Below, piece after piece: positions 1-11,366 of a stretch of DNA of 64,000 nucleotides. This stretch comes from Calditrichia bacterium (GTDB taxonomy: Bacteria > Calditrichota > Calditrichia > JAJRVZ01). The position numbers and the translations under genes were made by a program. The stretch spans positions 224,001 to 288,000 of the forward strand of contig CAVZSQ010000022.1 of NCBI GenBank assembly GCA_963777955.1, written 5' to 3'. Position 1 is the first letter of the stretch; every line of letters begins with the position of its first letter. The notes under the pieces were generated by a model. It worked only from the letters and a program-made list of their open reading frames with translations. It had not been told where the DNA came from and searched no databases.

Positions 1-1608
1 GAATATTGTGAATTTAAAGCGAATACAAGTGCATTTGCTGCAGCATTATGCATTTGGTATTCATCAACAGCTCAAATACGCAATAATCACTTCCATAATA
101 ATAACGGACACGGGACTATAAACATTGGAGACGGATCCGCTCCACTACTTCTGAATAATTTAATAGATAATAACTATTCTACTATACATGGGCATATACA
201 TTTTAGTAATAGTTGTGGAAGGGCGGCACTGCTTAATAATACGATTGTTAACAATAGCTGTGCCGCAGGGGGCGCCATATATGTAAATGATGCTTCTGCG
301 CCCCTGTTTATCAATAACATCATTTATGGTAATGATCCTGCACAAGTCTATCTTGAAAATATTACAGGGCTTGACTTTATTAATTGCCTGATTGAAGGCG
401 GCCGGGAAGGATTTACCGAAGCAATTGCCGGAAATTTCACCGGCACTTATCAGAATTGTATTGATGCAGATCCGATATTCGGAAGCTCAAATGATTTTCA
501 TTTACAGAATAGTTCTCCGTGTATTGGTACAGGGGCATCTTCATATTCCGTTTACAATGCCCCAAATTTTGATTTTGAAGGGAATCCACGACCTGCAACA
601 GCCGATCCCCTGGTAGATATTGGCGCCTATGAATCTGACTTTGACGCTCCGGCTTTCCCCTTAGCCTTTACCCTGAACCCTAATTTTATATTCCTCGGTT
701 CCGGAACTATTCATTTTACCTCTGAAATTTTTAATTATCATAATCAGGATATTCAGGTATTCAGCAAGATTTATAGCAGTAACGGCAGCAGCCAGGATTC
801 GGTTGAACTATTTGACGATGGCCAGCATGGAGATGGTTCCAGCCTGGGATGGATTATATGCGGCAGGTTATCAGAGCGGTGTCGAAGACATTTTCGTTCC
901 CAGTCTGATAGTTTATAATAATAGTATCAGATTTAACTACGGTAGCAATCAAAAATTCACTACGATTGGTCCTTTGGTTTATAAAGGTTACACCATAACG
1001 ACTCCTGGGGACAAGACTATTGATCCGGGCGAAACCCATCGCATCAAATTAGAATTGCAAAATTTAAGTCAAAATGTAACGACCGCAAATATCACTGCCC
1101 GGATGACATGCCTTAGACACCTTTGCTACGTAATAAGCAATAATTTTGAATTTGGTAATATCACTGCCGGTCTGAGTAAACTTAGCACTTTATCCCGGCA
1201 GATAAAATTCTCACAGAATTTTCCGGGACCCATTGATACAGTCCGTTTTGCATTGAGATCAGCAGTGATGGTTATATCTTCTGGCGGGATTCAACATTCA
1301 AGTTGTTGTGGAGGTATAGAGTCTGAGCAATCGATTATTCCCCTAAACTTACTGGCTGGAGCCAAAATTATCCCAATCCCTTTAATCCGACCACGACGAT
1401 CAGTTTTTGTATTCCTTTTCAGGAACAGGTACAACTACATGTTTTTGATTGCCTGGGCAGGAAGGTCAGTACTTTAGTCGATGCGGAATTACCAGCCGGG
1501 CAGCATCAGGTTATCTTCGATGCTGCCGGATTAGCCAGTGGAGTATATTTTTACAAATTACAGACAACTTATTTTGATCAATATAAGAAATGTTTAATTG
1601 TAAAATAA
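1..1608 (+). CDS. Secreted right-handed beta-helix (pectin-lyase-like) protein with T9SS-type C-terminal domain; 5'-partial, several frameshifts
   Basis: Frame 1 is open from base 1 to about 918 with beta-helix repeats (NNLIDNN, NNTIVNN, NNIIYGN), DFHLQNSSPCIGTG...DIGAYE and ELFDDGQHGDG. It continues in ORF 803-1477 (AWDGLYAA). QNYPNPFNP...ASGVYFYKL...KKCLIVK* ends at 1608. Confidence 0.75.
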
Positions 1609-1622
1609 GGATGGAGGTTTAA

Positions 1623-1883
1623 ATGAAAGTATTTCTGGCGCTGATGCTGTTTACTTTGAGTCTTATTGCAGGCTGTAGCCCAAGCAGTGGCGATACAGTT
1701 AATGGCACATGGAACGAACCGTCTGCCAGGGAGATGAGAATCGTAGTAACATATTCTGACAATCAAAATTTTATGCCCACGGGATGGGTATATTCTGCCA
1801 ACTATTCAATAAAGGACAAGATACTGACGTTGGATTATACCAGCACTTCAGTGCCTTATGTGGAAAAGTATGAAAGGATTTGA
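1623..1883 (+). CDS. Small putative lipoprotein, possibly truncated
   Basis: GGAGG RBS; signal peptide ending in lipobox LIAGC. Confidence 0.6.
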   Translation: MKVFLALMLFTLSLIAGCSPSSGDTVNGTWNEPSAREMRIVVTYSDNQNFMPTGWVYSANYSIKDKILTLDYTSTSVPYVEKYERI

Positions 1884-1976
1884 TGAATTACAAAATGTCT
1901 GCTGGTGAAATGAACGTATAAAAATAAATATAGATTTTACCTGCCTTTTGTATTACTTTTTTAGATTATTATATCC

Positions 1977-2570
1977 TTGGTCTTTACGCGACAGGTGTTT
2001 AACACGGGTACCATGTCAGCAGAAATAAATAATAGAAATAACCACCAACTTATTGATGCCTATTATGAACGGTATACCAAGGAATATTATGTGGTTTTGC
2101 TTCTGGACAGTGAAGTGCATTACGAAGCGCTGATTCATCATCTTAGCGGGTATCTGGAAAAAAAGCCGGATAATGCCATCGCTTTTCACAACCGCGGCCT
2201 TGCTTACCTTGAACTGGGAATGGAAGAGGGTCTGGCTGATATGGACCGCAGCATTGCCATTGATAATTCGAAACCACAACCTCACCGGGTTCTGGCGATG
2301 TTCTGGGAAACTAACAACGATTTAAAACTTGCCTTGCAGCACTACGCAAAGGCCTTAGCTTTGGATATTAAGGATTTCAGTCTGTATATATCGCGTTCGG
2401 GTATCTATGAAAAAATGGGCGAATATGATATGGCTATCGAAGATTTATCCCGGGCGATCCTGCTGAATCCATCATTTAAAAACTTCTTTTTACACCGGAG
2501 TGAATTATACCGGAAGATCGGAGAAGTTGCTAAAGCAATTAAGGATGAAGAGACAGCGGAAAGATTATAA
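1977..2570 (+). CDS. Tetratricopeptide repeat protein (start may be ATG 2013)
   Basis: TPR consensus: AFHNRGLAYLELG, YISRSGIYEKMGEYDMAIEDLSRAILLNP. Confidence 0.85.
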   Translation: MVFTRQVFNTGTMSAEINNRNNHQLIDAYYERYTKEYYVVLLLDSEVHYEALIHHLSGYLEKKPDNAIAFHNRGLAYLELGMEEGLADMDRSIAIDNSKPQPHRVLAMFWETNNDLKLALQHYAKALALDIKDFSLYISRSGIYEKMGEYDMAIEDLSRAILLNPSFKNFFLHRSELYRKIGEVAKAIKDEETAERL

Positions 2571-2613
2571 TATACAACACAGGACTAGATTTCAGGTAAC
2601 AGGGAGTTAATAA

Positions 2614-3483
2614 ATGAAAAAGGACATTTTTGGGAAGGGCGAGGCCGTTTTAATAGACCGCATCATGGAGAAATTACCCCTGGATAAAAACAAAGCGGTG
2701 CAGTCCAAAACAAAAAACATGGAGATCCTGGCCTTATCGAATAAAGAGTATTTTTATATTCTCCGTAAAATATTTCACACCTTCATGTTTGATATGAAAG
2801 AATTTGCCATAGATACATATGATCTGTCGGTTGAAGAATATATTAATGCCCTGACCTGGCTTACTTATGTACATTCCATAATCTATAAATTAGATTTAAA
2901 CATAGAAAAACAGGCCAGCCATATTCTGCCTGAGGCCGACATCGATTTTGAATCCGTGCGCACTGAAATAAATCTCTTTCTGCAGGAGCATAATCTGCTG
3001 GATGCCGTGATAGAAAAATGTGTTGAGCGGGTGATCAGGTACCTGGCCTTTGAGCAGCAACAACTCCGTCAGAACAATCGTCTCAGCGCCGCGGAAATCT
3101 TCCGGATCCTGGAATTGAAATCGGCAGACCTGGAAGTACTGCGCAGAATCATATTGAAAGTGGGAAAAATTGATATACCGCAACAGGAAATGGAATTTTT
3201 CAATTTGCTGGATAAAATCCGCGAGATATTCGATGATATCAGGGATTATCAGGAAGATTTGACCCTGAAAAATTTCAATACTTTTATTTACCTGAATAAA
3301 GATTGTCAATCATCCGAACAGGCAATAGAGGTCCTGGAAAAATACATCGAACAGGAATCCGCCAGGTGCCTGTCGCTGATCGACCGCATCGAACATAATA
3401 AACAAAAAAAATTCCTGACCATTTGCGCGAGGTTGAAACAGGAAAAAAAGTACTATCTTGACCGGTTACATCAGATTCCATGA
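2614..3483 (+). CDS. Class I isoprenoid/terpene synthase-fold protein (putative)
   Basis: Helical-looking sequence. EIFDDIRDYQED...NFN matches the second DDxxD motif, LKSA sits at the KT-motif position, and the first Asp-rich motif is degenerate (HSIIYKLDLNIE). Confidence 0.55.
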   Translation: MKKDIFGKGEAVLIDRIMEKLPLDKNKAVQSKTKNMEILALSNKEYFYILRKIFHTFMFDMKEFAIDTYDLSVEEYINALTWLTYVHSIIYKLDLNIEKQASHILPEADIDFESVRTEINLFLQEHNLLDAVIEKCVERVIRYLAFEQQQLRQNNRLSAAEIFRILELKSADLEVLRRIILKVGKIDIPQQEMEFFNLLDKIREIFDDIRDYQEDLTLKNFNTFIYLNKDCQSSEQAIEVLEKYIEQESARCLSLIDRIEHNKQKKFLTICARLKQEKKYYLDRLHQIP

Positions 3484-4568
3484 TCAAAATCCGCCCACAG
3501 TTATCCGCTTTTCTGAAACAATTTAAAAGTGAACAAATACCCCGTCGGGCAATTGATACCAGTCTTTTATCTTCTTTTGAGATTTTACCGGGACTTCTGC
3601 GAGGCAGCGTGGTACAAAGGGTGGTGCTGGCCATACCCGGCCAGGGCTGCTCTTTATTCCGCCGGCCGCAGGGGGGCTGTCTGCACTGCGGCTTATTCAG
3701 TGATGGGATAATCAGCCCCGAAACTGATCAGGAGCAGGTGATCTCCGCCTTCGCTGATAATTTAAACCGCCATGATTTTTCCAAAACACCGGTTCTTTGT
3801 ATCTACGTTCCCGGTTCTTTCCTGGATGATCAGGAGATCGATCCGGAGAGCCGCCGGGCAATTATCTCGCTGGTGGCTCAAAAGACAAAGATTAAGAAAG
3901 TCATTTTTGAATCATTGCCGCAATTTATTACTGCAGCCGGGATTGGCGAATTAAAATCCGTTCTGGCCGATAAAGAGATCGAGATTGCTATCGGCCTGGA
4001 TTCCAGTGATGATCAGATCAGGGATTTATGCATCAATAAAAGTTTTTCTTTACGGACATTCGAGCATGCTTGTGCGCTGCTGCAACGGCTGCAAATACGG
4101 TTTAGCGCTTTCGCTTTGTTAAAACCGCCGTTCCTGACCGAACAGGAATCAATCAGCGATACCATACGCACGGTTCAATATGCATTCAATAAAGGTGCCG
4201 CGGCGGTGTCCATCGAACCGAACACGGTGCAGGAAAATACATTTGTCTGGAAATTATTCCGGAAGAATATGTACCGTCCACCATGGCTCTGGAGCATTCT
4301 CGAAGTGATCAGACAACTTCCGCCGGGAAAAGAGTTGCGGATTGGTGGAATAGTTGTTTATCCCCGGGCGGTTAAAAGCGCGCATAATTGCGAGCTGTGC
4401 ACCGCCGGAATATGGCAGAAAATTCAGGAGTATAATTTAAAACAGGATAAAGATATATTTACCGGTCTGGATTGTAACTGCAAAAACCAATGGTATAAAG
4501 AATTACATATTGATAGTCTGCCTTTAGCTGAACGAATCGAGAATGTTTTACACGAATTGAGCAGATGA
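3480..4568 (+). CDS. Radical SAM protein, RaSEA/TIGR01210-like family
   Basis: Cx9Cx2C (GCSLFRRPQGGCLHC), GSFLDDQEI, FESLPQF, IAIGLDS, INKSF, LLKPPFLTE, YRPPWLWS and C-terminal HNCELC...CNC. ATGA overlap with the upstream gene. Confidence 0.85.
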   Translation: MIKIRPQLSAFLKQFKSEQIPRRAIDTSLLSSFEILPGLLRGSVVQRVVLAIPGQGCSLFRRPQGGCLHCGLFSDGIISPETDQEQVISAFADNLNRHDFSKTPVLCIYVPGSFLDDQEIDPESRRAIISLVAQKTKIKKVIFESLPQFITAAGIGELKSVLADKEIEIAIGLDSSDDQIRDLCINKSFSLRTFEHACALLQRLQIRFSAFALLKPPFLTEQESISDTIRTVQYAFNKGAAAVSIEPNTVQENTFVWKLFRKNMYRPPWLWSILEVIRQLPPGKELRIGGIVVYPRAVKSAHNCELCTAGIWQKIQEYNLKQDKDIFTGLDCNCKNQWYKELHIDSLPLAERIENVLHELSR

Positions 4569-4878
4569 TTAAATACATAGATTAACTTATCTTTTCAGCC
4601 TGACTGCTATCCTCTTGTTTTCTATAAGTTTCCCGGATATTCGCTTCAGAATCAGTATTATTTCTGATCAGAGTTCCTAATATTCTTAAAATTAACCACT
4701 TATATGTCGATAAAATTAATAAAGACTTTGATTGTCGGATATATCACAACCCGAATGGTTGGATTTAGTTTATTTTAAATGGAAAAAGTTTTTATATTTG
4801 TATGCTATGGCTAAAATTGAGTGATTTTTTTTTAGATACTTAATTTAAATCATATCTTGATATTGAAGGATTAAAAAT

Positions 4879-7800
4879 ATGATACGAAATTCAAGCAAGT
4901 CGCTATTGTTTATACTGTTATTCTTAGGCGTAAGCCAGGCTCAGAATGCAGTAATCAATGAACTCATGCCGGCCAATTTTCAGACCATTGCCGACGAGGA
5001 TAGCGAATATACCGATTGGCTGGAGATATATAATCCTGCCGCCGAGACTGTTGATCTCAGCGGGTACGGACTTTCTGACGATCGGGATAGTTTAAATAAA
5101 TGGATTTTCCCTCAAGTGATCCTGCCGCCGGACCAGTTTGTGGTAATCTATGCTTCGGATAAGGACAGAAGATTATGGATTAATCACTGGGAAACGGTCA
5201 TTGATCAGGGCGATAGTTGTTATTACCGCGTAAATGATTCGGCCACTCCGGCAAATTGGCAGCAAGCGGGTTATGATGATAGCGGTTGGTCCAGAGGTCC
5301 CAGTGGTTTCGGTTATGGCGATGATGATGATGCCACAATCGTGCCGGCAGTTATGTCGGTATCAGTACGCCAGAAATTCAATATTCCCGATCTGAATAAT
5401 ATTGTGACAGCCATGCTGCATGTGGATTATGATGACGGTTTTGTAGCTTATTTAAATGGCGTTGAGATTGCCCGCCGAAATTTAGGTACCGCGGGAATAG
5501 TTCCTGCCTATGATTTGCCGGCAGATACCTGGATAGAGGCATTGATGTATCAGGGCGGCCGGCCGGAAATCTTCGATTCACCGGAAATATATAGCCTGCT
5601 GCAATCCGGAGAAAATATACTGGCTCTGGAAGTGCACAATTCGAGCAGTACTTCATCCGACCTGACCCTTATTCCTTTTTTCACGCTGGGAATGATGTCT
5701 TTACCGGAAGATCCCCGCGGAATTTCAGAGTCATTGCAGTTCTCCATGCCGCGGTTGCATGCCAATTTTAAATTAAGCGTTTCTGGCGAGTATATTTACC
5801 TCTCCGACACCGGCGGGATTATCGTGGATTCTGTTTTTACCGGATCCATTCCCCAGGATATCTCGCTGGGCCGGCAACCTGACGGCAGTAATAACTGGTA
5901 TTTATTTCCAGCAGCCACGCCGGGACAACCAAATGTAACGCCGGGATATACTGAAATCACCGTTGATCCGGTCTTTTCTTTGCCCGCGGGATTTTATGCG
6001 GCTGCCCAATCATTGACTTTATCCGACAGTGTACCTGATACCACGGTGATCCGTTATACTACGGATGGATCGGTACCGGATAGCAATTCAACCGGCTTTA
6101 GCGTACCGCTGGCCCTGACCGCAACTACCGTCGTACGGGCGCGGGCTTTCGAAAGCGGTAAACTGCCCAGCACCGTTTTAACTAATACCTATTTTATCAA
6201 CGAAAATATCAGTTTACCGGTCGTATCCCTTTCCACCAATCCGGAAAATTTCTGGGATGAGGACAGCGGTATCTATGTATTGGGCAAATATGCCGAGCCG
6301 GATAATCCATATTTCGGAGCAAATTTCTGGCAGGATTGGGAGAAACCGATTCACGTGGAATTCTTTGAAGCAGATGGCCAGTTTGGATTCAGTGTTGATG
6401 CCGGTGTTCAGATTAGCGGTGCCTGGAGCCGGGCTCATCCCCAGAAATCACTGGCAATTTTTGCCCGTAAAAAGTATGGTGCTGATTGTATTGCTTATCA
6501 ACTTTTCCCGGATAAACCCATTGCCGAATTCGAGGCGTTTGTCTTGCGTAATTCGGGAAATGACTGGAATTATGCCTTCATGCGGGATGCCCTGATCACC
6601 ACTTTAATCAGCGGCCGGGGCATCGATGTGCAGGCCTACCGGCCGGTTGTGGTTTTTCTTAACGGCGAATACTGGGGCATTCATGATCTACGCGAAAAAG
6701 TAAACGAACATTTTCTGGCTGCAAACCATGAGGTGGACTCCGATAATATAGATTTGTTGCAGAATAACAGCGATGTCGTACATGGCGATGCCGAGCATTA
6801 TCAGAATATGATCTCATTTCTGGAAACAAATAATATCAATGATTCATTAAATTATATATCGCTGCAGCAGATGATGGACGTGGACAATTTCCTGAATTAT
6901 GAGATCACCCAGATCTATTGTGATAATACCGATTGGCCGGGTAATAATATTAAATACTGGCGGGAAAGAAGCAGTGCCGGAAAGTGGCGCTGGATCATGT
7001 ATGATACCGATTTCGGATTCGGGATTTACGACCGTAATCCGTCCAAGAATACCCTGGAATTTGCCACGGCGGCTGACGGTCCGGATTGGCCCAATCCGCC
7101 CTGGTCGACTTTTTTGTTGCGTAAACTGCTGGAGAATGAAATCTTTAAAACGGAATTTATAAACCGCACAGCCGACCTGCTTAATGCAGAACTCAGCCTG
7201 GCCGGCATAACCCGCTGCATTGATAGTCTGAAAGCGCCGCTGCTGCCGGAAATGGAGCGGCATGTAAACCGCTGGGGATTGTCCTATAGCAACTGGGAGT
7301 CTAATGTCGATTATCTGTACACTTTTGCTCAAGCCCGGGTCGCACCCATGCGTCAGCATGTGATCAGTAAATTTGGTCTGACCGGGACGGCCCAGATTCA
7401 GTTAAATGCATCGGCGGGCGGGAAGATAAGAATCAATTCGTTGACTATTGACGGATTTCCCAGGCAAACTGCCTGGGCGGGGACTTATTTCAGGGGAGTT
7501 CCGATAAAAATAGCCGCCGAACCGGAGCCGGGCTATGCCTTCGCCGGCTGGCAGGGTTCACAGATCAGCAGCGAGGCACAACTGGTTTATACACCGCAAA
7601 GCAATGCCAGTTTCCGTGCTTTTTTTGCGGAAGAGGGTATGCCGGTGGTCTTGAATGAGATAAATTATAACTCCTCAATCGATTTTGACGTTGAAGACTG
7701 GGTTGAGTTCTATAATCGCAGTTCGGCAACGGTCGATCTCAGTTCCTGGCAATTCAGAGATTCCGACGATATACATAATTTTATTTTTCCGGCAGGAACC

Positions 7801-8419
7801 CTTTTAAATCCGGATTCGTATCTGGTAGTATGTCATGATTCGGTTATGTTCAAACAGGGTTTTCCGGAAGTTTCTTTTTTCCCGGTAACTTTAACCTTTG
7901 GTTTGAGCGGCGGCGGGGAATCGCTCTATCTTATAGATGATCAGGGTATTGTGATTGATTCTCTGACCTACGATGACACTGTACCCTGGCCACCTGAAGC
8001 GGATGGCAGGGGGCCGACCCTGGCGCTCAAACATCCGGATCTGGATAATAGTTTACCGGAAAATTGGGCTGCCTCGGCTAATCATGGAACTCCAGGGCAG
8101 CAAAATGACGTCTATTCCGACATAAGATCAGTAAAGCCGGGTATCCCGGATCGATTCAGTCTGGAGCAGAATTATCCGAATCCGTTTAATCCGCGAACCA
8201 CGATCAATTTTCAACTTCCACTCGGCGGGATGGTCCGGCTTGCAAATTTTTGACATCCAGGGCCGGTTGGTGGACAGGATAATTGACAGTCACTTGCCAG
8301 CCGGTGATCACCGGGTAGCCTGGCAGCCTGATTTTAAACTGGCTTCCGGCGTCTATTTTTACCACCTGGAAGTAAAAGACCGTTTTCAGGCTACCAAAAA
8401 AATGATTTTGTTAAGGTAA
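4879..8419 (+). CDS. Secreted CotH kinase-family protein with lamin-tail domains and T9SS-type CTD (+1 frameshift near 8240)
   Basis: Lamin-tail motifs VINELM..DWLEIYN and VLNEINY..DWVEFYN. CotH motifs LRNSGNDW, NGEYWGIHDLRE, DWPGNNIKYW and WRWIMYDTDFGF. QNYPNPFNP is followed in the +1 frame by the rest of the CTD, ending KKMILLR* at 8419. Confidence 0.88.
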
Positions 8420-8655
8420 TTAAGGAGTCACCGGATTTATAAGGGAAACGCGAGGTATAACCAGATTTATCATTTGATCGGTAATTATCTAGATGAGAAT
8501 CAATAAGTTATTTAAATATATTCTGCCGGATTCTGCTCATCTAATTAAATAATTCACTCAAATCAGACGAGAATAGCTTAAGTTATACTAATGTAAATAT
8601 TGAACATTTGAATTTGTTGTTTTGATCTTTTTGTGGATAGTAGGTAAATTAACTG

Positions 8656-9720
8656 ATGCAAAAGAAAATTAATACCAGAACCATCTTAATCGGTGCTGGA
8701 ATCATCCTGCTGCTGATTTTACTGCTGCCTGTTCACCTTCCTTACAGTCTGGTAGTGCAGGGTAAGGTATTACCGGGACAGGTCTGGCTTTTACAACGGC
8801 AAACAGATGGAAGCATGCTGGTAACCTTAAGGGATCATCGGCAAAATATAGTTTCCAGTTATACCGCTTATCAGGTGGAACGCGGAGATGTGTTAAGTTT
8901 TAATCTGTCACCCCGTCTGCAGTCGGACGGTCGGGTAACCAGGGGGGATACCATTGGCTATATCCATTCCAATGTGATCAATGGGGAAATGGCCAATCTG
9001 AGGGGCGCTCTGGATGTAGCCAGGTCCATGTTGTATGTTAATAACACCGGTGAAAAGCAGTCACTGGTTGAAGCAGCCCGGAATCAGTTATCACTCAGCC
9101 GGGAGCAGGCTTTGCTGCAAAACAGGATTCTGGAACGCCAGAAAGATCTGTACGACAGTAATCTGGTCTCGCGGGAAATGTACGAGATTACCCAGGGGAC
9201 ATCAAAAATATACGATTTACAGGCGCTGGTAGCCGAGGCGCAGTTGAAAGCACTGGAAACCGGTTCAAAACCGGAACAGGTACAGTTATCTCTTTCGGAA
9301 ATCAATTCGCTGGAAAGTGAAATTAAAGTACTGGAACAGCGTTTAGATCAGTTTGTGTTGATTTCACCGCTGGCGGGAGAACTTTTTACGCCTTTCTCTG
9401 CAGAAAGTCTGATGTTTATAGCCGATACATCCCGCCTGGTCTATATGCCGGTCGGTCTTCGTGACCTGGCTGAAGTGAAAGTCGCCCAGATTTTTCAGGT
9501 TCGCACTCCTGTCGGCGCAGAAGTGATTAGAGGGAAGATTGTCAAAGTCGACCAGATGATTCAACGTTTGAATGATCAGCAGGTATTTTTTGTGATCGGC
9601 TTGCTGGAAAAAAGACATGCACTGTTGCCGCTGAATCAGATTGTTCCCTGTACTATTAAGGGTCAGAGCAAAACGCCGTGGAAATATCTGGGTAAAATAA
9701 TTCAATCCATGTTCAACTGA
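8656..9720 (+). CDS. HlyD-like membrane fusion/periplasmic adaptor protein
   Basis: N-terminal TM anchor, VTRGDTIG half-lipoyl motif, long coiled coil, LISPLAG second half-motif. Confidence 0.7.
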   Translation: MQKKINTRTILIGAGIILLLILLLPVHLPYSLVVQGKVLPGQVWLLQRQTDGSMLVTLRDHRQNIVSSYTAYQVERGDVLSFNLSPRLQSDGRVTRGDTIGYIHSNVINGEMANLRGALDVARSMLYVNNTGEKQSLVEAARNQLSLSREQALLQNRILERQKDLYDSNLVSREMYEITQGTSKIYDLQALVAEAQLKALETGSKPEQVQLSLSEINSLESEIKVLEQRLDQFVLISPLAGELFTPFSAESLMFIADTSRLVYMPVGLRDLAEVKVAQIFQVRTPVGAEVIRGKIVKVDQMIQRLNDQQVFFVIGLLEKRHALLPLNQIVPCTIKGQSKTPWKYLGKIIQSMFN

Positions 9721-9724
9721 GATT

Positions 9725-10525
9725 ATGGCCCGACTCGAATATAAATATTTATTAGCACAAGAGCAGGTTGCGGCATTTCGCCGGGAGATTGCCCCTTTTG
9801 TCGAACTGGATTCATATTCTGCCAGGGCTGCAGAAAAAAAATATACCGTTCGTAGTATATATTTTGATACCCCTTTACTGGATTTCTATCGTGACAAAGT
9901 TATCGGTCTTAAGAAAAGAAAAAAGATCCGTATTCGCGGGTACAATCATCACAGTGAAAATGATATTACCTTTCTGGAATTAAAAGCTAAAAGTGGTTCA
10001 ACTATCGTAAAATACCGCGCGCCGGTGTTGTACAAAAATCTGGCTGCCCTGCTGCATACGCAGGATATCGGTCAATATATCCTTTGTAATAATGGATTCA
10101 TAAATGTACATGAACAAGCCCAGAGATTTTTATCTGAAGTTTTAAAACGAAACCTGACACCGATCATAAAAATCATGTATGAGCGGGAGGCCTATTTTTA
10201 TAAATTCAATCACCAGGTACGTATTACCCTGGATACTAGTTTACGCAGTAGTGCTACAGTTGCTTTGGATAAATTATATGAAGAGGAAAATCCGGTTTAT
10301 TCATTAATCGGCCAGGCCATTCTGGAAGTAAAAGTCTCTGGTGAAATTCCATCCTGGTTACGTCAGGTAATTGGACGCTTCGATTTACAATTGCAGGCGG
10401 TTTCCAAATATATAATCTGTCTGGAAGATCACAGTAATTATCATCAGCGCCTGGAAAAATCATTGCGGGGATTATCCAAGTATCATCAGTTTAGAAATTT
10501 TATGATCATAGAAAATATGGATTAG
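9725..10525 (+). CDS. VTC-domain (polyphosphate polymerase, CYTH-like) protein
   Basis: RLEYKY, YTVRSIYFDT, RKKIRIRGY, FLELKAK, YEREAY, VRITLD, ILEVK, SKY. Confidence 0.88.
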   Translation: MARLEYKYLLAQEQVAAFRREIAPFVELDSYSARAAEKKYTVRSIYFDTPLLDFYRDKVIGLKKRKKIRIRGYNHHSENDITFLELKAKSGSTIVKYRAPVLYKNLAALLHTQDIGQYILCNNGFINVHEQAQRFLSEVLKRNLTPIIKIMYEREAYFYKFNHQVRITLDTSLRSSATVALDKLYEEENPVYSLIGQAILEVKVSGEIPSWLRQVIGRFDLQLQAVSKYIICLEDHSNYHQRLEKSLRGLSKYHQFRNFMIIENMD

Positions 10526-10529
10526 AAAA

Positions 10530-11199
10530 ATGCTGGAAGGTTTTCAAAGCAATCTGATTAATGTTGTTGAATTCAACACTTTTTTTGTCAATTTAGTGAT
10601 AGCATTAATCTGTGGTTTTATTATTTCGATTTTTTACCGGGTTAGTTACCGGGGACCGCATTATTCAACTTCTTTCGTGCAGGCCATGGTGATACTATCC
10701 ATGGTTACCGCCCTGGTAATCATGGTTATCGGTAATAATCTGGCCCGGGCTTTTGGACTGGTAGGAGCCATGTCGATTATCCGCTTTCGTACGGCGATCA
10801 AGGATACGCAGGATATCGTGTTCATATTCTTTGCCCTGGCTGCGGGTATGGCTGCCGGTGTCGGTTTAAACATTATTGCTATTGCCGGATCACTGTTCAT
10901 CGGGGTGATCCTGCTGGGCTTAAGCAAGTCTGAGTATGCCAAACCGCATAAACGGGATTTTTTACTGCAGTTTCAATGCAAATTAAATGATGCTAATAAT
11001 CCCTACATCACAGTGCTGGAGCAAATTTTGCAAACGGAACAAACTTATCAATATGCAATCCCTCGGCGCTGAAGACCTGTATGAATTTTCCTTTTATGTG
11101 CAATTGAAAGATAAGGAACAGCGCACTGAACTGGTCCGGGAATTAAACCGGTTAGCCGAAATTACTCAGGTACGACTGTTTGTAGATGAGGAAATATAA
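10530..11199 (+). CDS. DUF4956-family membrane protein (+1 frameshift near 11025)
   Basis: IGNNLARAFGLVGAMSIIRFRTAIKDTQDIVFIFFALAAGMAAGVG signature. The soluble C-terminal part continues in ORF 10987-11199. Confidence 0.85.
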
Positions 11200-11366
11200 A
11201 GCACATATATCCTGCCGGATTTAATACAAATCTTATTCTTGAAATATAGTCTTCAATTTCAAATAGGCGAATTATTTTCTTGTATTTTTGACAGAAAATC
11301 GCAATAATATAACCATTCTTTATTATTTTCATATCCTGCTTAATAAATATTAAGGGAGATGACACT

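Noticed and set aside
8230..8260. Programmed ribosomal frameshift controlling CTD attachment (also near 26518)
   Set aside because: No shared slippery sequence, and identical +1 breaks occur in the middle of unrelated domains.
4879..8419. CotH as evidence of sporulation
   Set aside because: CotH kinases occur widely in non-sporulating bacteria, and the context here is diderm with T9SS features.
11280..11315. TTGACA promoter upstream of the first TonB-dependent receptor
   Set aside because: No convincing -10 hexamer at 16-18 bp spacing.
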